Shown here piece by piece: positions 1 through 11,077 of a stretch of DNA of 64,000 nt. This stretch comes from an uncultured Candidatus Peribacteria bacterium (GTDB lineage Bacteria > Patescibacteriota > Gracilibacteria > RBG-16-42-10). Every line of letters starts with the position of its first letter. Position 1 is the stretch's first letter. The stretch covers positions 13,280 through 77,279 of the forward strand of contig CAZDKI010000004.1 in NCBI GenBank assembly GCA_964506115.1. Direction: 5' to 3'. The notes below the pieces were generated by a model, which made no database searches, was not told the DNA's origin, and was given only the letters and a program-made list of their open reading frames with translations. The position numbers were made by a program, and so were the translations under genes.

Positions 1-756
1 ACTGGGTTAGTGAATAAAACTGCTGGGAAAGTATCTGTATTTGGTTTTGACCTGGATACACAGCTTGATCAAGTGAAAGAATGTATTGGTGTTGTGCCTC
101 AGGAGTTTAATTTTAATATCTTTGAAAAAGTATTTGATATCGTTGTGGCCCAGGCGGGTTACTATGGTATCCCTCGTAAAATTGCTGAAGAACGTACCAC
201 TGAGGTCCTCAAAGCGTTAGAACTTTGGGATAAAAAGGATGTAGTTTCGCGTGCACTTTCTGGTGGTATGAAGCGTCGGTTGATGATTGCTCGAGCTTTG
301 ATTCATCGGCCAAAGTTATTGGTTCTTGATGAGCCGACTGCTGGTGTAGATGTAGAACTACGTCGAGGAATGTGGGAGTATCTTCAGAACTTGAATGCAC
401 AAGGAACTACTATTTTACTAACTACACATTACTTGGAAGAAGTTGAACAACTCTGTCGTAATGTAGCTGTGATTAAACAAGGAGAATTAGTTAAAATTGA
501 CAGTGTGAAAAAGGTTCTCAGCTCTTTTGAGAAACAAACATTTCAACTAACTGTTGAAGCGAATACTCCTAAACCAACATTGAATCATTACACTGTTCGA
601 ATCATTGATGATACGAGTTGGGAAATTGATCTGACAGCTTCTCAATCTATTTCTTCTTTAATACGGGAGATGGACCAGGCAGGTATAGAGATCAAAGATA
701 TCCGTGCCAAAGGTAATCGTTTGGAAAATTTCTTTTTAGATTTAGTAAAAAATTAA
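1..756 (+). CDS. ABC transporter ATP-binding protein (5' partial, continues upstream of window)
   Basis: Frame is open to base 1. ABC signature LSGGMKRRL, Walker B LLVLDEPTAGVD and H-loop TTHY are present. Walker A is absent, so the N-terminus lies upstream. Confidence 0.85.
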   Translation, partial: TGLVNKTAGKVSVFGFDLDTQLDQVKECIGVVPQEFNFNIFEKVFDIVVAQAGYYGIPRKIAEERTTEVLKALELWDKKDVVSRALSGGMKRRLMIARALIHRPKLLVLDEPTAGVDVELRRGMWEYLQNLNAQGTTILLTTHYLEEVEQLCRNVAVIKQGELVKIDSVKKVLSSFEKQTFQLTVEANTPKPTLNHYTVRIIDDTSWEIDLTASQSISSLIREMDQAGIEIKDIRAKGNRLENFFLDLVKN

Positions 757-761
757 ATCAT

Positions 762-1535
762 ATGAACTTTGCTGGTAACTGGGTAGCTTTTTCTACCATT
801 GTGCGTAAAGAGGTGTATCGTTTTTTTCGGATTTGGTCGCAAACATTGCTACCTCCGGTGATTAACCAGGTTTTGTATTTTATTATCTTTGGTTCATTTA
901 TTGGTTCACGAGTAGGTGATATTGGCGGTGTGCCTTATATGGCTTTCATTGTTCCAGGATTAGTGATGATGGCGGTAATCAATAGCGCATTTGCCAATGT
1001 TGTCAGTTCTTTTTTTGGTTCTAAATTCCAAAGAAATATTGAAGAGTTGATCGTTTCACCTACACCAAACTGGGTAATTGTTGGTGGGTATGTCGTCGGT
1101 GGTATGTTGAGAGGGATTTTGGTAGGACTGATTGTTTTGGTAGTTTCTATTTTCTTTACCTTACCAGTGATTACGTATCCTCTGATAGTCTTTTTGTTTA
1201 TTACACTTACTTCTTTGGTTTTTGCTTTGGGTGGTTTGACTAATGCTATCTTCGCAACGAGATTTGATGATATTAGTGTCTTTACCACTTTTGTTCTGAC
1301 TCCATTGTCATATCTTGGTGGAGTTTTTTATTCAATTAAAAGTCTTCCGGATCCTTGGCAGACTATCGCCTTGGCTAATCCTATTTTGTATTTAATTGAT
1401 GGCTTTCGCTATGGCTTTTACGGAGTCTCTGATGTCTCTATCTACACCAGTTTAAGTGTGCTTTTAGTGATGACAGTTGTCTTGATTTGGTACAATCTTT
1501 ATCTCCTCAATCGCGGAATTGGAATGAAAAATTAG
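762..1535 (+). CDS. ABC-2 type transporter permease
   Basis: 257 aa with about 6 hydrophobic segments, starting 6 nt after the ATPase gene. This is the typical ABC-2 ATPase-permease pair. Confidence 0.8.
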   Translation: MNFAGNWVAFSTIVRKEVYRFFRIWSQTLLPPVINQVLYFIIFGSFIGSRVGDIGGVPYMAFIVPGLVMMAVINSAFANVVSSFFGSKFQRNIEELIVSPTPNWVIVGGYVVGGMLRGILVGLIVLVVSIFFTLPVITYPLIVFLFITLTSLVFALGGLTNAIFATRFDDISVFTTFVLTPLSYLGGVFYSIKSLPDPWQTIALANPILYLIDGFRYGFYGVSDVSIYTSLSVLLVMTVVLIWYNLYLLNRGIGMKN

Positions 1536-4500
1536 CTGGCACTAGTATTCTTGAGATAAGAGATATAACGGCTGAGTACCTGAAGCATGGTATCGCGGTA
1601 GATCGGAGCATTCTGCGGGAAGATACCGTTGTCCAAAGCTACCAATTGTAGTCTTACTGCGTATTCAGCATATTGGCGGAATGATTCATCGGTGATGCCA
1701 GCAAAACTAGTACTGTAAACAATATCTGGTGCATGGCCATGGAAGTAATAGCCACTACCAAGCAATATTTTACTCATCTCAGCATAGGTTACTGCTTGAT
1801 TAGGATAGAACTTGCCATCTTTACCGCTGACAATACCTAGACTTTGGGCAGTACCAATAATCAATGACATTTCGGAATTGTCATGAGGCACATCACTGAA
1901 GACCTGATTAGGTGTCAGCAGATTTGGTTGTAAGCAATTAGCTTGCAAAGCAATTTTGGTGAGTTCAAAACGGGTAAGAATTTTGCCCATACCATAGGTT
2001 TGATTACCATAACCTTGAATGATGCGCGAGTTGCTTGCAGTATTAAGAATGCTAGTTAAAAAGGTTGCATGGGTTTGATAACTAGTAGTTTGTACATCTG
2101 AGAAGCTGATGCTAGTTGTACCAGAAACTACTAAACAAGTAATAGGATCTTCAGTTGGAACTGGTGGCACAGCCGGTATTTGAGTAGCTACTTGAGATTC
2201 CTGATTTCTGCTACTGCGACGGCTATTATTGTTGCTATAGCGCCAGTTACTATTGCTGCTATTGTTGTTGCTACCGTTGATAATAGTTATTCCATGTGGA
2301 TTACCTAGACTACCATTACCGCTTCCACCGCCACTACCACCGGAACTATTTGATGTTGGTGTTGGGCTTGGTGTGGGTGTACTTGAAGGGCTAGGACTAG
2401 CGGATGGAGAGGCTGAAGGCGATGGGCTTGGTGAAGGGGAATCTGACGGAGTGGGACTTGGTGAAGGGGAATCTGACGGAGTGGGACTTGGTGAAGGGGA
2501 GTCTGAGGGCGTAGGAGTGGGTGATTCTGATGGTGTTGGGCTCGGGCTGGGTGATGGACTTGGTTCAGGAGTAGGAATGACATTGGCTGTACTGCTATTG
2601 TTGCCTGGGGTAAAGTCACTGCTCAAAGAAGTAATTGTAGCAGTATTGGTAATAGTGCTAGAAACATCGTTAATAGTTACCGACAGAATTAAGAAGTGAG
2701 AACCATTAGGAGCGACGTCACCGACCAGCCAAATACCCGTAGTGGGATTGTAAGAGCCTGAAGTGGCACTTTCAGCAAGAAAGCTTACCTGTGATGGCAA
2801 ATGGTCGGTTACGGTCATGCCGTAAGCAATATCAGTTGCTGAATTGTTGGTAGCCGTGATCGTATAGGTAATAATACTACCAAGTGTCGGTGTGGGAGCA
2901 TTGGCTACTTTGGTCACACTGACATCTGCGACTGGAGCAGTTGGATTGATATCTACAGAGTCACTATTATTACTAATATCACTCTCGCTGGTAATGGTAG
3001 TTGCTGAGGCCGTATTTGTAATAGTTGGTGTGTTGGCATTATTAATCGTTGCGGTAATTTCTAACTCAGCTGAGCTAGAGGGGGGAAGATTACCAACTGG
3101 CCAGTCTCCCGTGTTTTGATCATAGATACCTGTTGTGGCTGATTGCCCAGTATAAGTGAGTTGGCTTGGTAATAGATCATGAACTGTAACGCCACTGGCA
3201 GTGATAGTAGCGCTGAGATTAGTAACGGTAAGTGTATAGGTTATCGTGTCTCCAGAACCTGTATCGGGTGCATTTACGGTTTTTTCTAAAAGGATATCAG
3301 TGACATCGCCTGATGGTGGGCCGATTAAACCCATATCTATATCTTGATTGAAATTATCAAACTGAAAAAAGAAGTTATCGGTACGATAAACTCCTGGACT
3401 CTCTTCACTAGTGAAATCGCTATCAAAGACATCTGCTCCTTGATCAGCTGGAGATAGGGTATACCCACTAGGGATATCAGATGCTCTTAAGTAGGCATTG
3501 AAGCCAATTGGTCCTGTATAATTCCAGTTTAAATCTAAGAATGTGATATCACCGTAGTCATCAATGACATTCAAATGAGCAACACCAGCTTGAGTTTCAG
3601 TAAAAGGTCCGAATTGGTAAATAGATTCACTAATCAATGTATTAGGATAGCCACTACGGTTACACCCTCCCTCGGCAAGTATATTGTCACTCGCGTCTAA
3701 TAAACGAAAAGCACTGTGATCTACTAAACAGAAGTTATCGGTGCGGAAGATTAAATAATACTGTCCGCCAGGTTGCACGCTACATGCATAACTTACCTCT
3801 ACATTGCCAGTGCTACCTCCTGCTTGATTCACATTGCGACCTAGACAGGTATTCGGTGTTACATAACTAATTGAATAAGCACCGCCCACACCACTATCGT
3901 CTTCACCATACTCGAGGATTGAGTCATCACTGATCATTTCGAGATGTACACCACCCACACCTGATTCTTCTATACCAGTATCTTGGACTCCATCACCATC
4001 AGTATCAATCCATACTCGATCACCAACTTCACTGGTGATAGCTATACGAAAGCCAATATCATCAGCGACATGCGTACCAACCGTGATAGTGGGGAATTCT
4101 TGAATATTGTTATTGGTAGTCAATCTATTGGATAGAGTAGACAATGCCGTCACTCGATAAGAACTAAAAAGTGAAAATCCGGGATAATCAGCTTCATCAA
4201 AGACATAATAACCATTTTCATCGGTTACTTCAGTATTGTTGATAATTGGGTCTGTATTATTCCCAGCTGCTTCTTGAATTAATGTGACGCCCACACCAGG
4301 TAATCCTAGTTCTGCGGGAGCGTGGACTGCGTCCATATTGGCATCATTGAATATCTGTCCCGTAATAATATGATCACCGACTCTAACATATGCAGCATTA
4401 CGTTCGTTACTGACTATATCATTATTTGCAAATAAGCCATTCGCTCTAGTAGTTAAGCCAATGCTGGTGTTCGTGACACTTAGACCAGTAATACGTAAAT

Positions 4501-4963
4501 AAATACTGTTTCCGACAGATAAACTTGTAGGAAAGCCTGCACCAATAATGTTGTATGAACCATCAAATGTACAGAGCGTGCCAGTACCATTAAAGTCCAG
4601 GACGGTATGATCAAGTCCATTTACACCTGTAATGTAGCTACAAGCAGCTGTCCCAGTCCAACTACTATGATTTGTCGTACTCAAAGTAAATGATGACAGT
4701 TCATTATCCGAGCTATTACTATTACCAAAATCGATAAAGTACGTTACTGCTGAACCATTCGTTACTAATGGCCCGGTTGCAGGTGAGTCAGCTGAGTAAT
4801 CAGAGGCTGAATAAGTGACGGTTGTACTTAGAAGAACCCCATTTCCAGCCAAAGAAGCGGGTAAACTTTCTTTTGTTAAAGGCAAAATGGCACTAAGACA
4901 AACTAAAGTAGCAATAACAAATGATACAGTCTTTCGATTCAAAAAGTCTTTGAAGTGGGGCAT
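1532..4963 (-). CDS. large cell-surface protein (DUF11-type repeats, SdrD/Cna-B-like Asp-rich segment, Pro/Ser/Thr linker, C-terminal SLH-like repeats)
   Basis: N-terminal signal-like segment [15 protein letters not shown]. Repeated TYTLTVTN / TYTITATN blocks. [15 protein letters not shown] motif. Long [13 protein letters not shown] linker. C-terminal FSDV...[29 protein letters not shown]-like motifs. Confidence 0.8.
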   Translation of the reverse strand: MPHFKDFLNRKTVSFVIATLVCLSAILPLTKESLPASLAGNGVLLSTTVTYSASDYSADSPATGPLVTNGSAVTYFIDFGNSNSSDNELSSFTLSTTNHSSWTGTAACSYITGVNGLDHTVLDFNGTGTLCTFDGSYNIIGAGFPTSLSVGNSIYLRITGLSVTNTSIGLTTRANGLFANNDIVSNERNAAYVRVGDHIITGQIFNDANMDAVHAPAELGLPGVGVTLIQEAAGNNTDPIINNTEVTDENGYYVFDEADYPGFSLFSSYRVTALSTLSNRLTTNNNIQEFPTITVGTHVADDIGFRIAITSEVGDRVWIDTDGDGVQDTGIEESGVGGVHLEMISDDSILEYGEDDSGVGGAYSISYVTPNTCLGRNVNQAGGSTGNVEVSYACSVQPGGQYYLIFRTDNFCLVDHSAFRLLDASDNILAEGGCNRSGYPNTLISESIYQFGPFTETQAGVAHLNVIDDYGDITFLDLNWNYTGPIGFNAYLRASDIPSGYTLSPADQGADVFDSDFTSEESPGVYRTDNFFFQFDNFNQDIDMGLIGPPSGDVTDILLEKTVNAPDTGSGDTITYTLTVTNLSATITASGVTVHDLLPSQLTYTGQSATTGIYDQNTGDWPVGNLPPSSSAELEITATINNANTPTITNTASATTITSESDISNNSDSVDINPTAPVADVSVTKVANAPTPTLGSIITYTITATNNSATDIAYGMTVTDHLPSQVSFLAESATSGSYNPTTGIWLVGDVAPNGSHFLILSVTINDVSSTITNTATITSLSSDFTPGNNSSTANVIPTPEPSPSPSPSPTPSESPTPTPSDSPSPSPTPSDSPSPSPTPSDSPSPSPSPSASPSASPSPSSTPTPSPTPTSNSSGGSGGGSGNGSLGNPHGITIINGSNNNSSNSNWRYSNNNSRRSSRNQESQVATQIPAVPPVPTEDPITCLVVSGTTSISFSDVQTTSYQTHATFLTSILNTASNSRIIQGYGNQTYGMGKILTRFELTKIALQANCLQPNLLTPNQVFSDVPHDNSEMSLIIGTAQSLGIVSGKDGKFYPNQAVTYAEMSKILLGSGYYFHGHAPDIVYSTSFAGITDESFRQYAEYAVRLQLVALDNGIFPQNAPIYRDTMLQVLSRYISYLKNTSAS
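2427..2516. repeat. 30-nt tandem repeat x3 inside the surface-protein linker
   Basis: cttggtgaaggggaatctgacggagtggga occurs twice exactly, with a third diverged copy. It encodes [10 protein letters not shown] units on the minus strand. Confidence 0.8.
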
Positions 4964-5057
4964 GCAGTTTTATTTTTGATTTCTTTTAAGTATACAGGAA
5001 TTTGACCTTTTTTAAAAGTATTTTAATGTAGTAGTTTTTTTAATTCTTAATGAGAGT

Positions 5058-5633
5058 TTAAGCAATAGGTTTTTTTAATAAATGCGGTGAAACTTTGAGT
5101 GTTTCATTAGCCCCTACAATTGTGACCATACATCTGTTGTTAACTGTTCTCATCTCCCATACTTTTTTGTCGTGACTATAGTTTACAAGATCGCCTATTC
5201 TATGATGCCCTCCGACTAATCTTGTCCAACGATTTGACGTCGATAAGCGGGTGTCTAATGGCTCATTCATAAAGCCTGTTGAAGACCATGCTCCTCTGTC
5301 TAAAGGCCTATCATCCAATGCTGAAACTGTTGCTCGATAAACTACATATGGTAGTTCGCCTACTAATCTCACTAGAGTTCTAGCTGCTTGAGGATTACGT
5401 GGAGAATCTAAATTGATAGATGGGGGTTGATTTAGTAGTAGCCGAGTTAAGAGTTCTCTATCTAGAGCTAAACCAGTTTCGGATTGAGCTATTATTAAAA
5501 GTTCACGGATTTCGATTGCTACATTACTATCTAAGTCGATTGGTGCAGTGGCATTAACTATTGCATGAATTTCATCAACTGAATCAAGCATAAAATTTAA
5601 TAGTGAGAAATAATGAATTAACTTTAGATGCAA
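5058..5633 (-). CDS. hypothetical protein
   Basis: 191-aa ORF with no motif I recognise. An alternative start is the ATG at 5591 (MLDSVDE). Confidence 0.4.
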   Translation of the reverse strand: MHLKLIHYFSLLNFMLDSVDEIHAIVNATAPIDLDSNVAIEIRELLIIAQSETGLALDRELLTRLLLNQPPSINLDSPRNPQAARTLVRLVGELPYVVYRATVSALDDRPLDRGAWSSTGFMNEPLDTRLSTSNRWTRLVGGHHRIGDLVNYSHDKKVWEMRTVNNRCMVTIVGANETLKVSPHLLKKPIA

Positions 5634-5687
5634 AATTATACCTAAACATTAATTTTCACAAACAATTTGTTGTTTGTGGTTGTAGGG

Positions 5688-6497
5688 TTATGCTTTGGCT
5701 GTTGGATAAACAAAAAACAGCTCCTGACTTAAAGAAAATGCAGCTGGAGATAGTTTGGAGACAATACTATTTAGTGTGCTATCTAAGCTAACTTGTCGAG
5801 TTACATATTGAAAAAAAGGTATCGCAGCAGTTTTTATTCCCTTCACATCAAAAAATTGTTGTTTTCCCCACTTCTTACTATCCCATTGCCATTGTTTGAA
5901 TAAAGCATTGTTCTTCTTGAGATAATGCTGCACATCTTCACTAGCTAGCAGTTGAGCATCATACATATGTCTTAGTTGCCAGATGAGATTTTTCTGACTA
6001 TTAATCATTATTACTAAAATACCAGTAGGACTAAGCAAGGATTGATAATAGCTAATTTTTTCTTGTTCTACTCCATACCAGCTATTGAGAGAAATAATCA
6101 AGTCATATTTTTGACCTGTAGTGAACTGATTGGCATCTTGATGGATCAACTGATGTGATTCAGCTGATAAGGTATGCAATTCTTGTTTTGCTTCGCTGAG
6201 TAGCTGTTCAGAAACATCGATGCCAGTATAGGTACCGATGCGGTATTCTTGTTTGAGCTGATGCATGACATGTTTAGTCATGGCGCCGTCACCACAACCG
6301 ATCTCCAGCACATGCAAATGATCTTTGTTGTTTGGGAGAGGCCACTGCTCATGCAATTTTTCAACTAAAAAATCACCAGCTTCTTTTTCAGCAGGCCAAA
6401 GGAAGTGCTTGAATCTTCTGAAGATCTCGACAAATTGGGGAGATTCGTAATCGGCACGATATTGTTGGTGGGAGAGATTCATGATGGAATTTTTCAT
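5688..6497 (-). CDS. class I SAM-dependent methyltransferase
   Basis: Motif I VLEIGCGDGAMT, followed by GIDVS and the acidic loop HQDANQF. Start placed at the internal ATG (MKNSIMNL); the ORF extends to 6536. Confidence 0.7.
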   Translation of the reverse strand: MKNSIMNLSHQQYRADYESPQFVEIFRRFKHFLWPAEKEAGDFLVEKLHEQWPLPNNKDHLHVLEIGCGDGAMTKHVMHQLKQEYRIGTYTGIDVSEQLLSEAKQELHTLSAESHQLIHQDANQFTTGQKYDLIISLNSWYGVEQEKISYYQSLLSPTGILVIMINSQKNLIWQLRHMYDAQLLASEDVQHYLKKNNALFKQWQWDSKKWGKQQFFDVKGIKTAAIPFFQYVTRQVSLDSTLNSIVSKLSPAAFSLSQELFFVYPTAKA

Positions 6498-6645
6498 AGG
6501 AAACTTAGTGGTTTTTAGTGAGCAGGACAAGGCCAATAAAAAGTGATTGGTTTGCTTATCTTTTTGTTGCTAGACGGTAATATAAGTCCAAGTATGTGGA
6601 CTTTTATGCTAAAGGTGTTAATATATTTAATCAAAATTAAGGTCA

Positions 6646-7251
6646 ATGAAAAGAGAATCTACCTTGTTGGTCTATGGACTTGATCATGCTGATGAAAAAG
6701 AATCTTTGGGCTTTCTCCAAATGGGGCAAGAAGCTGTTCCTGTGCATACGGAGATTTTTCGTCTGATTACTTATTACATGAGCGAACAGCAACGTGTTCT
6801 GCAATTATGTAATGGCCAAGGTATTTCTTTAATTCGCAATTCAAACATTCTGCGCGAATGGAGAAGGATTGAAGAAACTGTGAGACCTATAATGCTAAGA
6901 AAGATCGCTGAGTTACCAATTGCTGATCGCCAATTATGGCACAAGGTTATCTATGGAGATCGCGTACAATTATGCTTTGTGCTGAATCAACGCGCAGTAG
7001 TTAAACCAGAGATTCTAGAAAAATATGAACCAATTATTACTGATTTGAAAATGCGAAAAGGGCTGCGAGTTAGTGTTGTAAACCAAAATCCTTCAAGACG
7101 GCGTGTAAGAGAAGTTCTAAAGTTAGCACCATCCAAATCAAGATTCTCTTTAGCTGCGCCAACTGGAAAAACTGTGAAGGGGCTGCGCATGGTTGATCAC
7201 TCTGATCCCTTAGTATCACACCCTTTGGTGCAGCTGCGTTTGTCAGCTTAA
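6646..7251 (+). CDS. hypothetical protein
   Basis: 201-aa ORF with a basic C-terminus and no recognisable motif. Confidence 0.45.
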   Translation: MKRESTLLVYGLDHADEKESLGFLQMGQEAVPVHTEIFRLITYYMSEQQRVLQLCNGQGISLIRNSNILREWRRIEETVRPIMLRKIAELPIADRQLWHKVIYGDRVQLCFVLNQRAVVKPEILEKYEPIITDLKMRKGLRVSVVNQNPSRRRVREVLKLAPSKSRFSLAAPTGKTVKGLRMVDHSDPLVSHPLVQLRLSA

Positions 7252-7440
7252 TAAAAATTCTAGTCCTAAAGCTACTGCCAATAGGAAGTAGAGTATTAGT
7301 TCCCAACGATCACCATTACTGAGATAGCGTTTAAAGTTAAACTTTTCCCTTTTCATTTTTGATCAAGCGGTAGTATTACTTTAATTATACCGTATTGCTG
7401 ATAAATAAGGTAAATTGTGAGTAGAAAATGCCTCTTCTTT

Positions 7441-8976
7441 ATGGCCGATTTACAGCGAATCTGTACTATTACTGGTAAGACATTTGTGATCACAGAAGCT
7501 GAGCAAGCTTTGATTGCTAAATTCGAACAGCTTCATCCTTTATTGAAGCCTGGTGATATTCCTTTGCCTACTATTCATCCACTAGAGTTCAGTAGACAAC
7601 TGCAAAGTTATGTCACTCTGATGAGTTTGTTTGATAGTAAGAGTGTTATTTCAGGACAGCCTTTAATTACTCGTTACAATCCTCGGTTAGGCTACAAAGT
7701 CTGTACGTCAGAAGAATTCTGGAGCGATGCTGTGGATAACACTAATGTTGGTAAACCTTATGACTTCTCTCGTCCATTTTTTGAACAGTGGAATGAACTC
7801 ATGCGCGAAGTGATAATGCAGCCACTTGTGCAAATCAGTTGCGAGAATAGCCACTATGTCGATAGCTCCTCTTCATTAAAGAATTGTTATCTCTGTTTTG
7901 GAATGGGGGATAGTGAAGATTGCATGTATTGTCTCAAGACTAGGTATCCTCTTCGTAATCGAGATTGTGTTGATTGTATTGGTATCGTGGATTGTGAGCT
8001 TTGTTATAGCTGTATTCACTGTGATCATGCCTATGATTGTCAGCATTGTAGTGACTGTATTGACTGTTACCAATGTTTTGGCTCTCGAGATCTGATTGGG
8101 TGTAAGTATTGTTTTGGTTGTGTGGGTTTGCGTCAGGCAGAGTATTATATTTTCAATCAAGCAGTTACTAAAGAGGCATATGACAACTTTATGAAACAAG
8201 CCAATTTAGGTAGTTACCAATCACGCCAGGGTTATTTGGAGCAATGTCGTCAATTTCACAAACAAAATCCTACGGTTGTTGCTACAATTAAACAGAGTGA
8301 AAATGCGTCAGGTAGTTATCTACAGCACTGTCGCAATGCTTATGAATGTGAATTTGGTGAAAATTTAGAGGATTGTGGTTGGTCTACAGGAGCTTTTGGT
8401 AAAGACATTTGGCGAGGAGAGGTGTATCAAGGAGAGCTTGGTTATCAGTCAGCAGTTTTGTCAGGTAGATTAGGTTTTTGTAACTCTATCAATACTGGTA
8501 GTGAAAACTTTTACAGTTATATGATTTGGGGCAGTAATAGCTGCTTTGGATGTGTGATGCTCAAGCAAAAATCCTATTGTATTTTGAATAAACAATATAC
8601 TAAGGCTGAATATGAAGAGTTAGTGCCACGAATTATCGCTCATATGAAAAGCACAGGTGAATGGGGGCAGTTTTTGCCAGCGAAGTATGCTCCGCATTAT
8701 TATGAAGAGTCGCAAGCGCACGAATTTCTAGATCAAAGAGCAAAGATCAAAGATCAGAGGTCTGGTGTCCAAACTCTAGATAAGCGTGAGTTAAGGTGTG
8801 AGGATGATATTGCTAATGTTGAAGTTGAGAAGGTGGATGGAATTGTTTGGGAATGTTGTTTGACTGGGAAACCATTTAAGCTAGTTCGGCAAGAAGTAGA
8901 ATTTTATCGTCAACAAAATATTCCTTTGCCACGTATTCATTGGCAAGAAAGACTTAAGCGTTTAAGGCTACGTTGA
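7441..8976 (+). CDS. cysteine-rich (CxxC-repeat) zinc-ribbon-like protein, uncharacterised family
   Basis: Central run of CxxC / CxxxxxC pairs (CYLCFG, CMYCLK, CVDCIG, CELCYSCIHCD, CQHCSDCIDCYQCFG, CKYCFGCVG). The N- and C-terminal ends both carry C(x)TGK.F modules. The ORF begins at a GTG at 7417; the ATG at 7441 is preferred. Confidence 0.6.
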   Translation: MADLQRICTITGKTFVITEAEQALIAKFEQLHPLLKPGDIPLPTIHPLEFSRQLQSYVTLMSLFDSKSVISGQPLITRYNPRLGYKVCTSEEFWSDAVDNTNVGKPYDFSRPFFEQWNELMREVIMQPLVQISCENSHYVDSSSSLKNCYLCFGMGDSEDCMYCLKTRYPLRNRDCVDCIGIVDCELCYSCIHCDHAYDCQHCSDCIDCYQCFGSRDLIGCKYCFGCVGLRQAEYYIFNQAVTKEAYDNFMKQANLGSYQSRQGYLEQCRQFHKQNPTVVATIKQSENASGSYLQHCRNAYECEFGENLEDCGWSTGAFGKDIWRGEVYQGELGYQSAVLSGRLGFCNSINTGSENFYSYMIWGSNSCFGCVMLKQKSYCILNKQYTKAEYEELVPRIIAHMKSTGEWGQFLPAKYAPHYYEESQAHEFLDQRAKIKDQRSGVQTLDKRELRCEDDIANVEVEKVDGIVWECCLTGKPFKLVRQEVEFYRQQNIPLPRIHWQERLKRLRLR

Positions 8977-9020
8977 CTTTTTTGCTAGTAATAGTATTAT
9001 TCATATTCGTAATTTTCTTT

Positions 9021-10097
9021 ATGTCAGATGAACTGATTGGTCCAGAGCATGTTGCCGCAACTGAAATGGATTTAGATGCAGGGCGAGCAAAGATGGTTGC
9101 TTTCCTGCGCGATAAGGGTCAGTTTGCTACAGAAACTACTGAGTTGTCAGCGGGCATATCATTGATGGGGTGGGGAGAACCACATATTGATAATGCAATT
9201 AATATGTATGTTGCATTGCGTACAGATATGAAAAACCATGCTACTGCATTGGTTGGTGTACAGATTTATTTAGAGGCTATTCGCACAGGAAAATCTCATG
9301 CTAATGCTTATGTTTTGGCTATGAAGGTGCATGATGTTGCTCCTCAAGTTCCTCAACCTGTAGAAGATGATGTAACTGCAATTGCTGCAGCTAAACAAAC
9401 GAGAAGTGGTGAACCAGAATTTAGTGTTGGAGTAGGATCAGTTATGCGTGATCGTCCTAGTGAGCTTGATGGATATACTTTGCCAGTGACGCCTAACAAT
9501 TTTGGCGTTACAGCATCTCCCTTTGATCATACATTATCTAGTGCCGCTCCTGTTCGTGCCGATGTAGCTGCTGCATTGGTCGGTCCAGCATTTTCTGCTA
9601 CGGTTGCACCCGCTCCAGAGACACTTCAGGCTGCTCCTGTACCGCCTGCTGCTAGATCCGTAAAAGAGTCTCCATTAGAGTTGACTGAAACTGTCAAAAA
9701 AGCCTACAAAGTTGCGTGTGAAAAAGTATTGAGAAAACTGAAATTTGATAAATTTGCTGAAGAAGGAGCTAGTGTATTTGCTTTATTCTTTGCTGCTAAG
9801 ATGCAACCCGAGGTAGCTCTAGCAAAGGCGAAACATTTTTGTGAACTGCGTGCGGAGGGATATGAAATAAATCCATCTATAACCGCTGCGAAGGAAGCTG
9901 ATGTTACTGCAACTGAAGAGGAGATTAAATGGTTTAAAGAGGCTCTCCATGAGCAACCTGGTATAAGTAGAGTACTTCTAGCTGCAATTATAGCAGGCAT
10001 TATAGTGCTTGTTGTTGGAGGTGCTACAGCAGCTTATGTATCATCTACCGCTCATCAAGATACTCAACCCGATGGACAAACAGCTCCAAATCCTTAG
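9021..10097 (+). CDS. hypothetical Ala-rich protein with C-terminal TM anchor
   Basis: Long ORF with C-terminal hydrophobic segment LLAAIIAGIIVLVVGGATAAYV. An alternative TTG start at 8973 would add an N-terminal TM helix and overlap the upstream stop codon. Confidence 0.5.
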   Translation: MSDELIGPEHVAATEMDLDAGRAKMVAFLRDKGQFATETTELSAGISLMGWGEPHIDNAINMYVALRTDMKNHATALVGVQIYLEAIRTGKSHANAYVLAMKVHDVAPQVPQPVEDDVTAIAAAKQTRSGEPEFSVGVGSVMRDRPSELDGYTLPVTPNNFGVTASPFDHTLSSAAPVRADVAAALVGPAFSATVAPAPETLQAAPVPPAARSVKESPLELTETVKKAYKVACEKVLRKLKFDKFAEEGASVFALFFAAKMQPEVALAKAKHFCELRAEGYEINPSITAAKEADVTATEEEIKWFKEALHEQPGISRVLLAAIIAGIIVLVVGGATAAYVSSTAHQDTQPDGQTAPNP

Positions 10098-10172
10098 GCA
10101 TTTGCATTTCATCGCCAATCGAGAGAAAATGGTGGCAATTTATTAATCAATTTAAACTTTTAATTTTATTTT

Positions 10173-11066
10173 ATGGCTAGAGGTAAAGCTGGAGTTAGAC
10201 ATCCTTCAATGATAGGTTGGGGTGAGAAACCTGGAGAACCTATACAAGTTGCACCAGAGGTTGGTAGTGCAACACGAAGTGAGGTTAGAGAGATATTGGC
10301 TGCAGCCGCAGTTGCTACTGATGTGGCACCATCTCCTGCAGGAGCACAGGTACGTAAGGCAACTATAGCGGGTATGCCTCAAGCTGAGGCTACTGCGACT
10401 CCAGCCGCTGCGCCAGTAGGTGTTGCTGGACGTCTTAATAAGGGGACTATTGTTGGCGTGACTGGTGTAGGTGGTGGTCATATTCGGGCTGAAGGGCATG
10501 ATGCTCGTACAATGTACGATAGTAGTGCAGCTGAAAACTCTGCTCTTGATTTCCAGCTTACTTCTGATGCTATTGCTCTTTTAGAAGCAGCTGGCATAGA
10601 TCGAGAACTGGGAGTACAAATTGCATTAGGTGATGTTCCTAGAAAAGATGTGGAAACCGTAAGAAAAACTTTAGCAAGTTTAGGTGTAGATGAAAAAACA
10701 AGCTTAGCCGTTCTTTGGGGGTGTAGAATCGTGGCATTACCTGTAGTTACTCCTCCACACCAATCTTCTTCATCATCTCCCTCCAATGTACCAAGCCCTC
10801 GTGTAGGCACACCAACTATGCCTCCACCAGAGCAAACTGGTTCACCAGCACTTACTGTTTCAGGCACTGCTAGTAGTGGTACTTCAGTTGTTTTGGGCAA
10901 TGAAATTGATGAGGATATGAAAATGATTGCTAGTGTTACACCGCGATCTAACCGCCTCTTAATTGCTGTGGCCCTAGGTCTTAGCTTGGCTGCTGTGGGC
11001 GTTGGATATAAAATTCTTGATGGGATTTCTGATAATGTTAGTCATTCTGCTCCAAATCGTAGATAG
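10173..11066 (+). CDS. hypothetical Ala/Pro/Ser-rich protein with C-terminal TM anchor
   Basis: 297-aa ORF with C-terminal hydrophobic segment LLIAVALGLSLAAVGVGY. Composition resembles the preceding gene. Confidence 0.5.
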   Translation: MARGKAGVRHPSMIGWGEKPGEPIQVAPEVGSATRSEVREILAAAAVATDVAPSPAGAQVRKATIAGMPQAEATATPAAAPVGVAGRLNKGTIVGVTGVGGGHIRAEGHDARTMYDSSAAENSALDFQLTSDAIALLEAAGIDRELGVQIALGDVPRKDVETVRKTLASLGVDEKTSLAVLWGCRIVALPVVTPPHQSSSSSPSNVPSPRVGTPTMPPPEQTGSPALTVSGTASSGTSVVLGNEIDEDMKMIASVTPRSNRLLIAVALGLSLAAVGVGYKILDGISDNVSHSAPNRR

Positions 11067-11077
11067 AGTTTACCTGA

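Noticed and set aside
2253-2699. Plus-strand ORFs (148 aa and 75 aa) and a second minus-strand frame (104 aa) inside the surface-protein gene.
   Set aside because: They lie in the low-complexity Pro/Ser/Thr tandem-repeat region, where all frames stay open. Their products are mirror low-complexity strings ([15 protein letters not shown]...) with no independent support.
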